DNA of 64,000 nucleotides from Candidatus Palauibacter sp. (GTDB lineage Bacteria; Gemmatimonadota; Gemmatimonadetes; Palauibacterales; Palauibacteraceae): NCBI RefSeq assembly GCF_965237495.1, contig NZ_OZ250143.1, positions 1,866,130 to 1,930,129 of the forward strand, read 5' to 3'. Shown piece by piece: positions 55,670 to 64,000 of this stretch (position 1 is its first letter; each line of letters starts with the position of its first letter). The notes under the pieces were generated by a model. It saw only the letters and a program-made list of their open reading frames with translations, ran no database searches and was not told where the DNA came from. The position numbers and the translations under genes were made by a program.

Positions 55670-56480
55670 CCCGCGCGCGAGGCCGGTCGCCGGTGGGGGC
55701 CTGCTGACGGGGAGGCTTTCCCGGATCCTGCTCACCCGGGATCCGGGGGCCGTCAGCATCGGCGGCTGGACGCGTGGCATCGGCGGGGACCTTCTCACCC
55801 GGTCCCCGCACGTCCGCGAGCCGAACTTCACGCGGATCCACGCGGACGACCTCGCGTTTCTGTTCGCGGCCTACGACGATCGCTTCCTTAACGGCCTCTG
55901 CGGCGAGATCGTCGGCCCGGACCGCCTCACCTTCCGCCTTTCCGGCCGGATGACGCGCGCGGGCGGCAAGACGACGCGCTTCGAGCGCCCCGGTGGTGCC
56001 AGGCGCTTCGAGATCGCGGTCGCGACGTCGATCCTGTTCGACGGATTCGGCGGGGACGATCCCGAGGTCACGGTGTGCGGGCTGCCGTGCGCGAACCGGC
56101 TGGAGGCGCTGCAGCGGATCTTCGAGCACGAACTCGTGCACCTCGCCGAGTGGCTGTGCTGGGACGCGAGCCACTGCGGCCGCTCGCGCTTCCAGGGGAT
56201 CGCCCGGCGTCTGTTTCTGCACCGGGCCCACACGCACCAGCTCATCACCCGCTCGGAGCGCGCCGCCCGCGTGGGGGTCGGGGTCGGCTCCCGCGTGACG
56301 TTCACATTCCGGGGCCGGCGCCTGACCGGGCGGGTCAACCGGATCACGAAGCGCGCGACGGTGCTGGTGGAGGACGCAGGGGGCGACCGGTGGTCCGACG
56401 GGCGGCGCTACGTGCGTTACTACGTGCCGCTCGGCGAACTCCGCCTCGTCGAGCCGGCCCGGGGCCGGGAACCGGCGTGA
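55638..56480 (+). CDS. SprT-like / HExxH zinc-metallopeptidase-like domain protein
   Basis: FEHELVHLAEWLCWDASHCG; start inside the 3' end of the upstream gene (32-nt overlap); function uncertain. Confidence 0.35.
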   Translation: MRSPLRTRAADPRARPVAGGGLLTGRLSRILLTRDPGAVSIGGWTRGIGGDLLTRSPHVREPNFTRIHADDLAFLFAAYDDRFLNGLCGEIVGPDRLTFRLSGRMTRAGGKTTRFERPGGARRFEIAVATSILFDGFGGDDPEVTVCGLPCANRLEALQRIFEHELVHLAEWLCWDASHCGRSRFQGIARRLFLHRAHTHQLITRSERAARVGVGVGSRVTFTFRGRRLTGRVNRITKRATVLVEDAGGDRWSDGRRYVRYYVPLGELRLVEPARGREPA

Positions 56481-57706
56481 CGCCGATCCGCAGGGGACCA
56501 CAGAAGTTCGCGCGCGAAGCGGTGGTCAGGCTGTGGCTGCATCGCCAGGGTCTCGCTCGGCCCCGCGGGTCGACCTGCCTCGACCGGCGCGCCTTCGTCG
56601 ACCACCTCGAGCGGACGGGAGCACTGCAACTCGACAGCGTGAACGTCGTGGACCGCGCCCACTATCTGACCCTCTGGAGCCGCTTCGGGCCGTACGACCG
56701 CTCCCGCGTAGACCGCTGGGTGTACGGGGAGCGGCTGGCGTACGAGTACTGGGGACACGAAGCCTCGATCCTTCCCATCTCCCATCTCCCGCTGGGCCGC
56801 CGGCGCATGCGCCGCTTCCCTCCCGAGAGCTGGTCGGGCCGAAAGTGGTGGAGCCGCTACGCGACCTCGACGGGGTCGAAGCGCCGGGTGCGGCGGCGGC
56901 TCCGCGCCGAAGGACCGCTGGAGAGCGCCGACTTCGCGCCCCAGCCGGCGGAACGAGGTGAGAAGACGGAGTCGCTCGCGTGGCGGCTGCACGAGGACAA
57001 GCGGTCGCTGAAGCTCCTGTGGCACGACGGCCGGGTCGTCGTGAGCGGGCGGCGCCACTTCCGGTGCATCTATGACGTGGCCGAGCGCGTCTACCCGGAC
57101 GGTCCCACCGCGTCGCTCACGGAGTACCACGACAGCTGGCTCCTCATCGCGCTCCGCGGTTGCGGCATCGCCCCCGAACGGCACCTCGTCAACTACTTCA
57201 CGGGGCCGGAACTCAACGCGGCGGAGCGGCGCCGGGTCATCGCCCGCAACCTCCGGCGGAAGCGGATCGTCGAGGTCGAAGTGGAGGGCCTCCGCGGTCC
57301 CTGCTACGCCCTGCCCGAGCACCTCGAGACGATCGACGATCTGCCCGAACCGACCGGAACCACGCTGATCTGTCCCTTCGATTCCCTGCTCTGGCAACGA
57401 AAGCGCGCGGCGGAACTCCTCGACTTCCACTACACCGTCGAGATCTACGTCCCCGCGGCGAAACGGAAGTACGGCTACTACGTCCTGCCCATCCTCCACG
57501 ACGGCCGGCTCGTGGGTCGCCTCGACCCGAAGCTGCACCGGGATCGCGGCCTACTCGAGATCCGAGCCCTCCATCTGGAGCCGGGGTTCGAACCCACGGG
57601 GATGTTCAAGGCGACCCTGGACGAAACGGTCTCGAACCTCGCCGACTTCCTCGACGCGACCGAGATCCGAATGCCGCGCGCAGGGACCTCCGGCGACGGG
57701 GGCTGA
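56477..57706 (+). CDS. winged-helix DNA glycosylase of the AlkZ/YcaQ (DUF1006) family
   Basis: GTG overlapping the upstream stop (GTGA); LWLHRQGL...LQLDSVNVVDRAHYLTLWSRF; C-terminal FHYTVEIYVPAAKRKYGYYVLPILHDGRLVGRLD. Confidence 0.7.
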   Translation: MTPIRRGPQKFAREAVVRLWLHRQGLARPRGSTCLDRRAFVDHLERTGALQLDSVNVVDRAHYLTLWSRFGPYDRSRVDRWVYGERLAYEYWGHEASILPISHLPLGRRRMRRFPPESWSGRKWWSRYATSTGSKRRVRRRLRAEGPLESADFAPQPAERGEKTESLAWRLHEDKRSLKLLWHDGRVVVSGRRHFRCIYDVAERVYPDGPTASLTEYHDSWLLIALRGCGIAPERHLVNYFTGPELNAAERRRVIARNLRRKRIVEVEVEGLRGPCYALPEHLETIDDLPEPTGTTLICPFDSLLWQRKRAAELLDFHYTVEIYVPAAKRKYGYYVLPILHDGRLVGRLDPKLHRDRGLLEIRALHLEPGFEPTGMFKATLDETVSNLADFLDATEIRMPRAGTSGDGG

Positions 57707-57818
57707 CAACCGCGTTCCCGCGGGAACGCCGGCCGGCCAAGGCTGGACCGCGCCAAACGCGGCATGGTACCGTAAGAGTGTGCAGCAGGTGGGTCCCCCC
57801 AACGGTGGAGGTTCCCGA

Positions 57819-58865
57819 ATGAGACGCCGGCTTCCAGTTCTCCTCGCTTCCACGGCCATCGCGTGCGCGACCTCCGTGGCGGCCCTGTCGGCGCAGGTGC
57901 GCATCGTGCAGACCAACTCGGCGGGGGACAACGTCCACATCATCGATCCGGTGACGAACCAGGTCGTGCAGGTGATCGACGGGATCCCCAAGGCTCATGG
58001 GGTCGCCGCCGCGCCGGACGGGGGCACCCTCTACTTCAGCAACGAGATCCACCGGACGCTGGAGATCGTTCCCACGGACGTCATGAAGGTCGCGGAGCGC
58101 ATCCCGCTCTCGGGGCGGCCGCACAACATCGCGATCAGCAACGACGGCCGGAAGGTGTACGTCGCGATCATCCAGGACTGCAGTTGCGTCGACGTCGTGG
58201 ACCTGGAGAAGGGCGAGGTCGTGAAGTCGATCCCCACGCTGGGGACGGTACACAACGTGTTCATGTCGCCCGACGGCCGGCACGTCGCCGCGGGCATGAT
58301 CGGCGCGCGCACGCTGACGATCATCGACACCTCGATCGACGAGGCGATCTGGTCGCTCCACTTCAGCGGGCGCGCGACGGGGGGCTACGCAGATGGGGGC
58401 GTGCGTCCCATGGCATTCGAAGCGCATCCGGACGGGTCCACGAAGCGACTGTTCGTCCAGATCTCGAACTACCATGGTGTGTATGTGGTTGACTTCGAGG
58501 AACGTAAAGTGTTGCAGAAACTGGATATGCCAATCCTGCCGATCTCGCGGGTGACGAACGACGCGCTGCAGGGATCGCCCGGGCACGGCCTCACGGTGTC
58601 GCCGGATGGCGGGCAACTGTGGTCGACGAGCAAGCCCAACGGACACGTCTATGCGTGGTCGCTCCCCGACCTCGAGTACCTGGGCGGGGTCGAGGTTGGC
58701 CACATTCCCGACTGGCTCACGATGACGCCGGACAGCCGCTACCTCTACGTGGCCAACGCAGGGTCGAACGATGTCTCGGTCGTCGATACGAGGGAGATGA
58801 AGGAGATCGCCCGCATCCCGGTGGGGCAGACGCCGAAGCGGAACAAGACCGTGGTGTTCCCGTGA
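57819..58865 (+). CDS. YVTN-family beta-propeller repeat protein (secreted)
   Basis: GGAGG RBS; signal peptide; repeats YVAN/YFSN...VVD. Confidence 0.65.
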   Translation: MRRRLPVLLASTAIACATSVAALSAQVRIVQTNSAGDNVHIIDPVTNQVVQVIDGIPKAHGVAAAPDGGTLYFSNEIHRTLEIVPTDVMKVAERIPLSGRPHNIAISNDGRKVYVAIIQDCSCVDVVDLEKGEVVKSIPTLGTVHNVFMSPDGRHVAAGMIGARTLTIIDTSIDEAIWSLHFSGRATGGYADGGVRPMAFEAHPDGSTKRLFVQISNYHGVYVVDFEERKVLQKLDMPILPISRVTNDALQGSPGHGLTVSPDGGQLWSTSKPNGHVYAWSLPDLEYLGGVEVGHIPDWLTMTPDSRYLYVANAGSNDVSVVDTREMKEIARIPVGQTPKRNKTVVFP

Positions 58866-59785
58866 GTTCGGGTGTGCCCCTGCGGCCAGCGCCTGGCCCG
58901 GGGCTCGGGACCGGCCTGAGACTCACAACCGGCGTTCGGCCGCTGTCGGCTGTAGCGCTCGCCGTCGCGTTGATGGCGTCGGCTCCCGGCCCCAGCGACG
59001 TCATGGGTCAGGAACCCCTGAGCTTCGAACGCTACCGCGAGACCGTGGAACCCATCTTCCTCGCGGACCGCGGCGGATGGGGACCTGGACGGGCGCCCTG
59101 CGTCACGTGTCATGCGGAACAGGGGACGCCGCTTCGCCTGCAGCGCCTCCGCGAGACGGATGAGGGCGAGGTGTTCTGGTCGGAGGAAGATTCCCGCCGG
59201 AACTTCGAGGTCGTGTCGCGGCTCGTCACCCCGGGGGATGCGGACGGCAGCCGCCTCCTGAGGAAGGCGCTTGAGGTGTCCTCGGGCGGCGCGGCGTTCC
59301 ATGTGGGCGGGCGGTTCTTCGAATCGAAGTCGGACCCCGAATGGCGCGCGATGGCGGACTGGGTGGCGGCCGCGGATCCGGTCGACCGTCCCGCCCCGCC
59401 CCGTCTGGACTTCGACTTCTTCCGCGACTGCGTGCAGCGCGTCTTCCTCGACAAGCGCCCGGGAGACGTCGAGTGCATCCACTGCCACGAATCCGGAGCG
59501 CGCGGCTTCGCCCGGCATATCCCGGAGGATCGCGACTTCTGGAACCAGCAGGAGTCGCGGGGCAACTTCGCGATCGCCCGCCGCTACGTGGAGCCGGGCG
59601 AGCCGATGATGAGCCGGCTCCTCACCCATCCTCTCGCGCCGACCGCGGGGGGTGACTACTTCCACGGCGGCCCCCGGCGCTGGGCCTCGATGGACGACCC
59701 GGAGTGGCGGATGCTCGCCGCCTGGATCCGCGGCGAAACCCCCGAATGCGTGGTCGGACAGGGGGCTGGCGCGGGAGGCGGATGA
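58862..59785 (+). CDS. dihaem c-type cytochrome domain protein (PSCyt-like)
   Basis: GTG overlapping the upstream stop (GTGA); two CxxCH motifs (CVTCH, CIHCH), each followed by W...E...RNF...PG.P..S.LL pattern. Confidence 0.55.
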   Translation: MSSGVPLRPAPGPGLGTGLRLTTGVRPLSAVALAVALMASAPGPSDVMGQEPLSFERYRETVEPIFLADRGGWGPGRAPCVTCHAEQGTPLRLQRLRETDEGEVFWSEEDSRRNFEVVSRLVTPGDADGSRLLRKALEVSSGGAAFHVGGRFFESKSDPEWRAMADWVAAADPVDRPAPPRLDFDFFRDCVQRVFLDKRPGDVECIHCHESGARGFARHIPEDRDFWNQQESRGNFAIARRYVEPGEPMMSRLLTHPLAPTAGGDYFHGGPRRWASMDDPEWRMLAAWIRGETPECVVGQGAGAGGG

Positions 59786-60997
59786 CGAAACCGCTCGACA
59801 TCGCCATCGTCGGAGGCGGCATCGTCGGGCTGGCCACGGCGGACGCGATCCGGCGCACCCGCGCGGATCTCTCGCTGACGGTGCTCGAGAAGGAACCGGA
59901 GGTCGCGGCACACCAGACCGGCCGCAACAGCGGCGTCATCCACGCCGGTCTGTACTACGCGCCCGGGTCGCTAAAGGCGCGGCTCTGCACTGAAGGGAGC
60001 GCCCGGCTGTGCCGGTATTGCGCCGAACGAGGCATCGCGACCACGCGCACCGGCAAGATCGTGGTCGCGATGTCGCGCGATCAGCTCCCGGCCCTCGATG
60101 AACTCGAACGGCGCGGCAGGGCCAACGGCGTGGCCATGGAGCGGATCGGCCCGGACGGAATCGCCGAGCGCGAGCCGCGCGCGGGCGGCATCGAGGCGCT
60201 CCACGTACCTGCCACCAGGGCGGTCGACTTCGGCGACGTGGCGCGTGCCCTCGCGGCGGACCTGGCCCGCGCCGGCCACGAGATCCGCACCGGCTTCGAG
60301 GTGCGCGAGGCCCGCCGCACCCCGACCCCGACTCGCACCCGCCTCGTGGGGCCGCCGGGCAACATCGAGGCCCGCGTCGTCGTCAACTGCGCCGGGCTGC
60401 ACGTCGACCGGGTGATGCGGCTCCTCGGCCACGATCCCCGCCTCCGCGTCCTTCCCTTCCGGGGCGAATACTGGAGCCTCTCCGGAGCCGCGGCCGACCG
60501 CGTGCACGGCCACATCTATCCGGTCCCGGATCCCCGGCTGCCGCATCTGGGCGCTCATTTCACGCGAAACGTGGCCGGACGCGTCGAACTCGGCCCGAAC
60601 GCGGTGTGGGCCCGGGGTCGAGAGGCCTACGGCCGGTTCTCCGGGCGGGTGCCGGACGCGCTGGAAGCGCTGAGCTACCGAGGCTTTCGGCACCTGGCGC
60701 GGGCGCACTGGCGGACCGCCCTGGAGGAACAGTGGCGCTCGTTCGACCGGCGAGCCGTCGTGCGGAAGGCCCGCGACATGCTGCCCGAACTGGGTGTGGG
60801 GGACCTCGAGAGATGGCGCTCCGGAATCCGCGCGCAGGCGGTAGACACCGACGGCACCCTCATCCACGACTTCGTGATTCGGGGAAGCACCGGGCGTCGT
60901 GAATGTGCTCAACGCGCCCTCCCCCGCCGCGACCGCCTGCCTGGCGATCGGCGAACACATCGCAAGCCGGGTTCTCGGACAGTTGGCCAGGTCGTGA
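59782..60997 (+). CDS. L-2-hydroxyglutarate oxidase-like FAD-dependent oxidoreductase, with a frameshift near 60897 (C-terminal 33 codons in frame +1)
   Basis: IAIVGGGIVGLATA, GRNSGVIHAGLYY; the C-terminus VNVLNAPSPAATACLAIGEHIASRVLGQLARS* is readable only after a +1 shift; the main-frame continuation to 61584 is Arg-rich nonsense. Confidence 0.65.
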
Positions 60998-61002
60998 CGG
61001 GG

Positions 61003-61419
61003 CTAATCGCCACCTTCGAATGGGTCGAGGATCTCGACTCCCGCGGGCTCGAAGTCCTTTCGGTTCCGCGTGACCACAACCAGCCCGCGGGCGAGGGCGG
61101 TCGCCGCGATCAAACTGTCCTTGACGGGCATCGGCCGTCCCCGGGAACGGAGACGCGCCAGGAGTTCCGCCCAGCGGAGCCCCGTGTTCGCATCCAACGC
61201 GACGCATTGAATCCTGCGAACGGCCTCCTCGAACCACGACTCGAGCGCCTCGCGACCCTTCCCGGGCGCCACCAATCTTATTCCGTACCAGATTTCTCCG
61301 AGTACGACCGGATTGACGACGATCTGCGGTTCGTGGTTCCGCAACCATGTGACGACGCGCGGATCAGGTCTCGTCCTGGTCGCCTCGGAAAGGACGTTCG
61401 CGTCAACGAGGTATCGAAT
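61003..61419 (-). CDS. vapC: VapC-type PIN-domain toxin
   Basis: (I)RYLVDANVLSEATRTRPDPRVVTWLRNHEPQIVVNPVVLGEIWYG...KDSLIAATALARGLVVVTRNRKDFE. The only canonical start (TTG 61344) would remove the first catalytic Asp; an in-frame ATT at 61419 overlapping the vapB stop would give a full-length PIN domain. Confidence 0.55.
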   Translation of the reverse strand: MRYLVDANVLSEATRTRPDPRVVTWLRNHEPQIVVNPVVLGEIWYGIRLVAPGKGREALESWFEEAVRRIQCVALDANTGLRWAELLARLRSRGRPMPVKDSLIAATALARGLVVVTRNRKDFEPAGVEILDPFEGGD

Positions 61420-61675
61420 CGGCCGGCTCCTCGATTCCCGGAGCGGGCAGGTCGGCGGTCGAATCAGACGGAACCGGTACGAACCAGCCCTTCGCGGGAC
61501 AGGCCAGAAGGTGGTCGACGAGACCCTCGTTCACCGCCGCCGGGGCGCGCGCGAGTCGGTAGACTCCTCGCCCGAGCCGCTTGATCTCGAATTCCTGGCC
61601 GGGCACGACGCCGTCTCGCCGCCGAAGCTCAGCCGGGAGTACGAGCTGCCCCCTTGTGGAGATAGTGGTTCGCAT
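61403..61675 (-). CDS. vapB: AbrB/MazE/SpoVT-type antitoxin (VapB)
   Basis: MRTTISTRGQLVLPAELRRRDGVVPGQEFEIKRLGRGVYRL, swapped-hairpin antitoxin fold; 90 aa. Confidence 0.7.
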   Translation of the reverse strand: MRTTISTRGQLVLPAELRRRDGVVPGQEFEIKRLGRGVYRLARAPAAVNEGLVDHLLACPAKGWFVPVPSDSTADLPAPGIEEPADSIPR

Positions 61676-61744
61676 GAGGGTAAGATGGACGACTTACCCA
61701 AGCTGTGCAAGCCCCGGCATCCTCCTCCCGGAGGGCGCGGCGGG

Positions 61745-62527
61745 TCAGGTGGCGTAGTCCTGGCCTTCGGCGTCCAGCACTTCCTTCATGCCCTCGAGGT
61801 AGCCCGCCTCGCCGCCCGACTCGACGGACATGTCGGCGTTGTGCTGCGCGGCCTCGACCGGGATCCGCCGCAGGCTGCGGCCCGTCTGGAGGGCCAGCAG
61901 TTCGTTCATGCAGGCGCGCTCGAGCTGGTACAGCCACAGCATGGTCTTCTCGATCGTGTCGCCGACGATCAGCACGCCGTGGTTCGCGAGGAAGAGCGCC
62001 CGCTTGTCGCCGAGGGCCTCGACCATGCTCTCGCCCTCGTCCGCCTCGGTGACGATCCCCTCGTACCCGAAGTACGCGCAGTTCCCGTAGAAGACCGCCG
62101 CGTTCTGACTCCCCCGCTCGTCCAGTCTCCAGCCGTCGATGGAGGCGAGCGCGGTGCTGTAGGGGGCGTGGATGTGGAGCGCGCACATGATGTCGGGGCG
62201 CGCGCGATGGATCGGTTCGTGGATCGCCCACGCGCTCACGTTCAGCCGCCCTTCCCCGCCCACGGGACGCCCGTCCGGGCCCACCTCGACGAGGTTGCCG
62301 GCCGTCACGCGGGAGAAGTGCATCTGCCCCGGCGTGATGAGCAGGTGCCCGGGCCTGCCCGGCACCTTGCAGCTGAAGTGGTTCCAGGTGCCCTCGTGCA
62401 TGTTCTCGTGCACGATGATCCGGTGCAGCGCCGCGAAGTCGACCAGCGCGCGCCGGATCGCGGCGTCGTTCATGCCGGCTTCCGTCGGGGACGGAGCGGG
62501 AGCGAAAGCGGTCTCGACCGTACTCAT
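61745..62527 (-). CDS. class II aldolase/adducin-family protein
   Basis: GGGAGG RBS; HIHAPY and ANHGVLIVG motifs; 260 aa. Confidence 0.7.
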   Translation of the reverse strand: MSTVETAFAPAPSPTEAGMNDAAIRRALVDFAALHRIIVHENMHEGTWNHFSCKVPGRPGHLLITPGQMHFSRVTAGNLVEVGPDGRPVGGEGRLNVSAWAIHEPIHRARPDIMCALHIHAPYSTALASIDGWRLDERGSQNAAVFYGNCAYFGYEGIVTEADEGESMVEALGDKRALFLANHGVLIVGDTIEKTMLWLYQLERACMNELLALQTGRSLRRIPVEAAQHNADMSVESGGEAGYLEGMKEVLDAEGQDYAT

Positions 62528-62609
62528 CACCTGCCTCCCGGGCGCGTGGGAACCTCCCCCAAACATCACCCGCGGCACGGGTGGGATCAAGCGGAGGCCG
62601 CCCCGTTCT

Positions 62610-62661
62610 CTCTGGTCGTTCGAGGGGCGGAGGCCGAGGTTACTCTGGATTCCACGGAAAG
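62610..62661 (+). promoter_or_regulatory. conserved ~52-nt upstream motif, copy 1 (precedes 62692 gene)
   Basis: CTCTGGTCGTTCGAGGGGCGGAGGCCGAGGTTACTCTGGATTCCACGGAAAG, ~80% identical to copy 2. Confidence 0.4.
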
Positions 62662-62691
62662 CAATGCCGCAAGCGAGGGAGGAGGAAGGGG

Positions 62692-63093
62692 ATGAGAATG
62701 AAAGCCGCCTCGGCATACCGATTCGCGGTCGGCGCGGCGCTGGCGACGGCATTCATCCTGGTATGGGTGATCGGTGCCGTCGGCCTCATCGGGGTTGAGG
62801 GCGACCCCTTCGACCTGCTGTACGCCGGGGTGCTCGCCGTCGGAGTCATCGGTGCCATGATCGTCCGCCTCAAGCCACGGAGTATGTCTCGCACCCTGAC
62901 CGCAATGGCGCTCGCGCAGGCGCTGGTCGCCGTGTTCGCGCTGATCGCCGGGAAGCACCGGGTCGCGGTCAGCTCCGTGCCCGAGATCGTGCTCTTGAAC
63001 GGGTTTTTCGTTGCGCTGTGGCTCGGATCGGCCCGGCTGTTCAGGTCTGCCGCGCGGGAGCAACGTCCCGCGGCGGAGAATCACAGAACTTGA
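62692..63093 (+). CDS. small polytopic membrane protein, hypothetical
   Basis: AGGAGG RBS; MRMKAASAYRFAVGAALATAFILVWVIGAVGLIG...; 3-4 TM helices. Confidence 0.5.
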   Translation: MRMKAASAYRFAVGAALATAFILVWVIGAVGLIGVEGDPFDLLYAGVLAVGVIGAMIVRLKPRSMSRTLTAMALAQALVAVFALIAGKHRVAVSSVPEIVLLNGFFVALWLGSARLFRSAAREQRPAAENHRT

Positions 63094-63117
63094 TGCTGCG
63101 CTGTCACAACCCGGCTG

Positions 63118-63171
63118 CTCTGGTCGTTCGTGGGGCAGAGTCCCAGGTTTCTTGAGGATTCCCAGCGGAAG
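63118..63171 (+). promoter_or_regulatory. conserved ~52-nt upstream motif, copy 2 (precedes 63179 gene)
   Basis: CTCTGGTCGTTCGTGGGGCAGAGTCCCAGGTTTCTTGAGGATTCCCAGCGGAAG. Confidence 0.4.
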
Positions 63172-63178
63172 AGACTTC

Positions 63179-63856
63179 ATGCCAAACATCGCCGCTACAC
63201 TCCTTCTCGTCTCTGCCGGAGCCCTCGACCTTGGGGGCACGCCGGAGTCGTCGGGCCTGATGAAATGTGAGCCGCGGACGGATGGAGACCCGGGCATGCC
63301 GGAGACGGTCCTGATCATCGATCACAAACCGTTCGATGGCGATCCGTCGGAGTGGAATTACACGGACTACGACATTCATTGGGTGGAGATCGTGTGCTGG
63401 AGCTGGATCGAGGAGCACTTCGGAATCCAGGTCCGAAACGGCGCAACCTACGTGCTGACCGACGAGTGGGTCGAGCGCACGCGGAAGAGCCAGATCGCGA
63501 GCCTCGAGTCCCTGATCGCGGCGCAGGACAACCACCGACAGGCGCGCGGAGCTTACGCCCGGAGACTCGACAACCTGCTCGGCTTCGGTGCCCTCTCCGA
63601 CCACGACCTTCCCGGGCACTTCCGGGTCGAACTGGAAAAGACCGATGACGGGTGGGGGGCGAGGGTCGAGGCAACCGAGAGCTGGCTGGCCGGGTTCCGG
63701 GGTTCGGTGCCGACGCCACCCTGCTACGCGTTCGCGGGTACGCCGCCGGACGATTGGGGAGCCATCGGAACCGAGGACCGCGCTGCGCTGATCGAACGCC
63801 AGCCGGTCTGTATCGAGCCGTACGCCGAAGACGAAGCCGGTTCGGAAGGCGGCTGA
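63179..63856 (+). CDS. hypothetical secreted protein
   Basis: Signal peptide MPNIAATLLLVSAGALDLGG; 225 aa; somewhat lower GC than surroundings. Confidence 0.45.
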   Translation: MPNIAATLLLVSAGALDLGGTPESSGLMKCEPRTDGDPGMPETVLIIDHKPFDGDPSEWNYTDYDIHWVEIVCWSWIEEHFGIQVRNGATYVLTDEWVERTRKSQIASLESLIAAQDNHRQARGAYARRLDNLLGFGALSDHDLPGHFRVELEKTDDGWGARVEATESWLAGFRGSVPTPPCYAFAGTPPDDWGAIGTEDRAALIERQPVCIEPYAEDEAGSEGG

Positions 63857-63926
63857 CGCCCCCCGCGGTTCTCCGCTCCCGTCTCAGTGATTACCATCCC
63901 GCGCTCACGAATTGTTCTCGTCAGAG

Positions 63927-64000
63927 GTGCGGGTGACCCTGGATTCCATCGCCGAGTCGGAACCGCTTGACGTGACCATCGTCGGGGCCGGCCCCTGTGG
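63927..64000 (+). CDS. FAD/NAD(P)-binding oxidoreductase, N-terminal start (runs off window end)
   Basis: GAGGTG then GTG; LDSIAESEPLDVTIVGAGPCG is a Rossmann GxGxxG start. Confidence 0.4.
   Translation, partial: MRVTLDSIAESEPLDVTIVGAGPC

Noticed and set aside
60997-61584. Continuation of the LhgO main-frame ORF to 61584
   Set aside because: After the frameshift the translation is Arg-rich nonsense and overlaps vapBC on the other strand
1-64000. CRISPR arrays, tRNA/rRNA genes, integrase/transposase genes
   Set aside because: No spacer-repeat periodicity, no tRNA-like cloverleaf candidates and no recombinase motifs were seen. The island at 10180..12500 lacks mobility genes

Overview
This is a high-GC (~70%) bacterial chromosomal window with dense coding on both strands. 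Adjacent genes very often overlap by 4 nt at start/stop (ATGA, GTGA, TTGA), indicating translational coupling. The lipobox signal peptides and plant-type LRRs suggest an environmental Gram-negative (possibly Gemmatimonadota-like), but that is inference only.

Order of content:
- metH 5' end and a DUF5916/CBM9-like secreted protein.
- An enolase-superfamily OSBS/NSAR gene coupled to a GNAT gene, then an S9 peptidase, an SDR and a VOC protein.
- A duplicated PadR-SHOCT module. A ~2.3-kb low-GC island carrying a DNA methyltransferase and a putative restriction endonuclease sits between the two diverged copies, together with a degraded fragment of the neighbouring Na+:alanine symporter gene. The left PadR copy is frameshifted and fused to the SHOCT gene.
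- An intact Na+:alanine symporter (AGCS).
- A glycogen locus (glgP, glgB, glgA, two GH57 genes). It is interrupted by a 7-gene translationally coupled cluster of four ATP-grasp ligases, an S51-like peptidase and two PF00756-like esterases. It is also interrupted by a 1229-aa lipoprotein joining about 20 plant-type LRRs to a metzincin protease domain.
- A DinB-like gene, a zinc-ribbon gene broken by two frameshifts and a 5'-truncated DUF4143 ATPase remnant.
- A membrane protein / DUF4129 / DUF4350 / MoxR / DUF58 operon facing an RDD-SpoIIM fusion.
- An ABC-2 exporter with small membrane proteins, an M1 aminopeptidase and a second S9 peptidase.
- A SprT-like HExxH protein, an AlkZ/YcaQ-like glycosylase, a YVTN propeller with a dihaem cytochrome c, and an LhgO-like oxidase with a C-terminal frameshift abutting a VapBC module.
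- A class II aldolase, then two small envelope-protein genes that share a ~52-nt upstream motif.

No rRNA, tRNA or CRISPR was seen. Many long ORFs in the six-frame track are antisense or out-of-frame GC artefacts and were not called.
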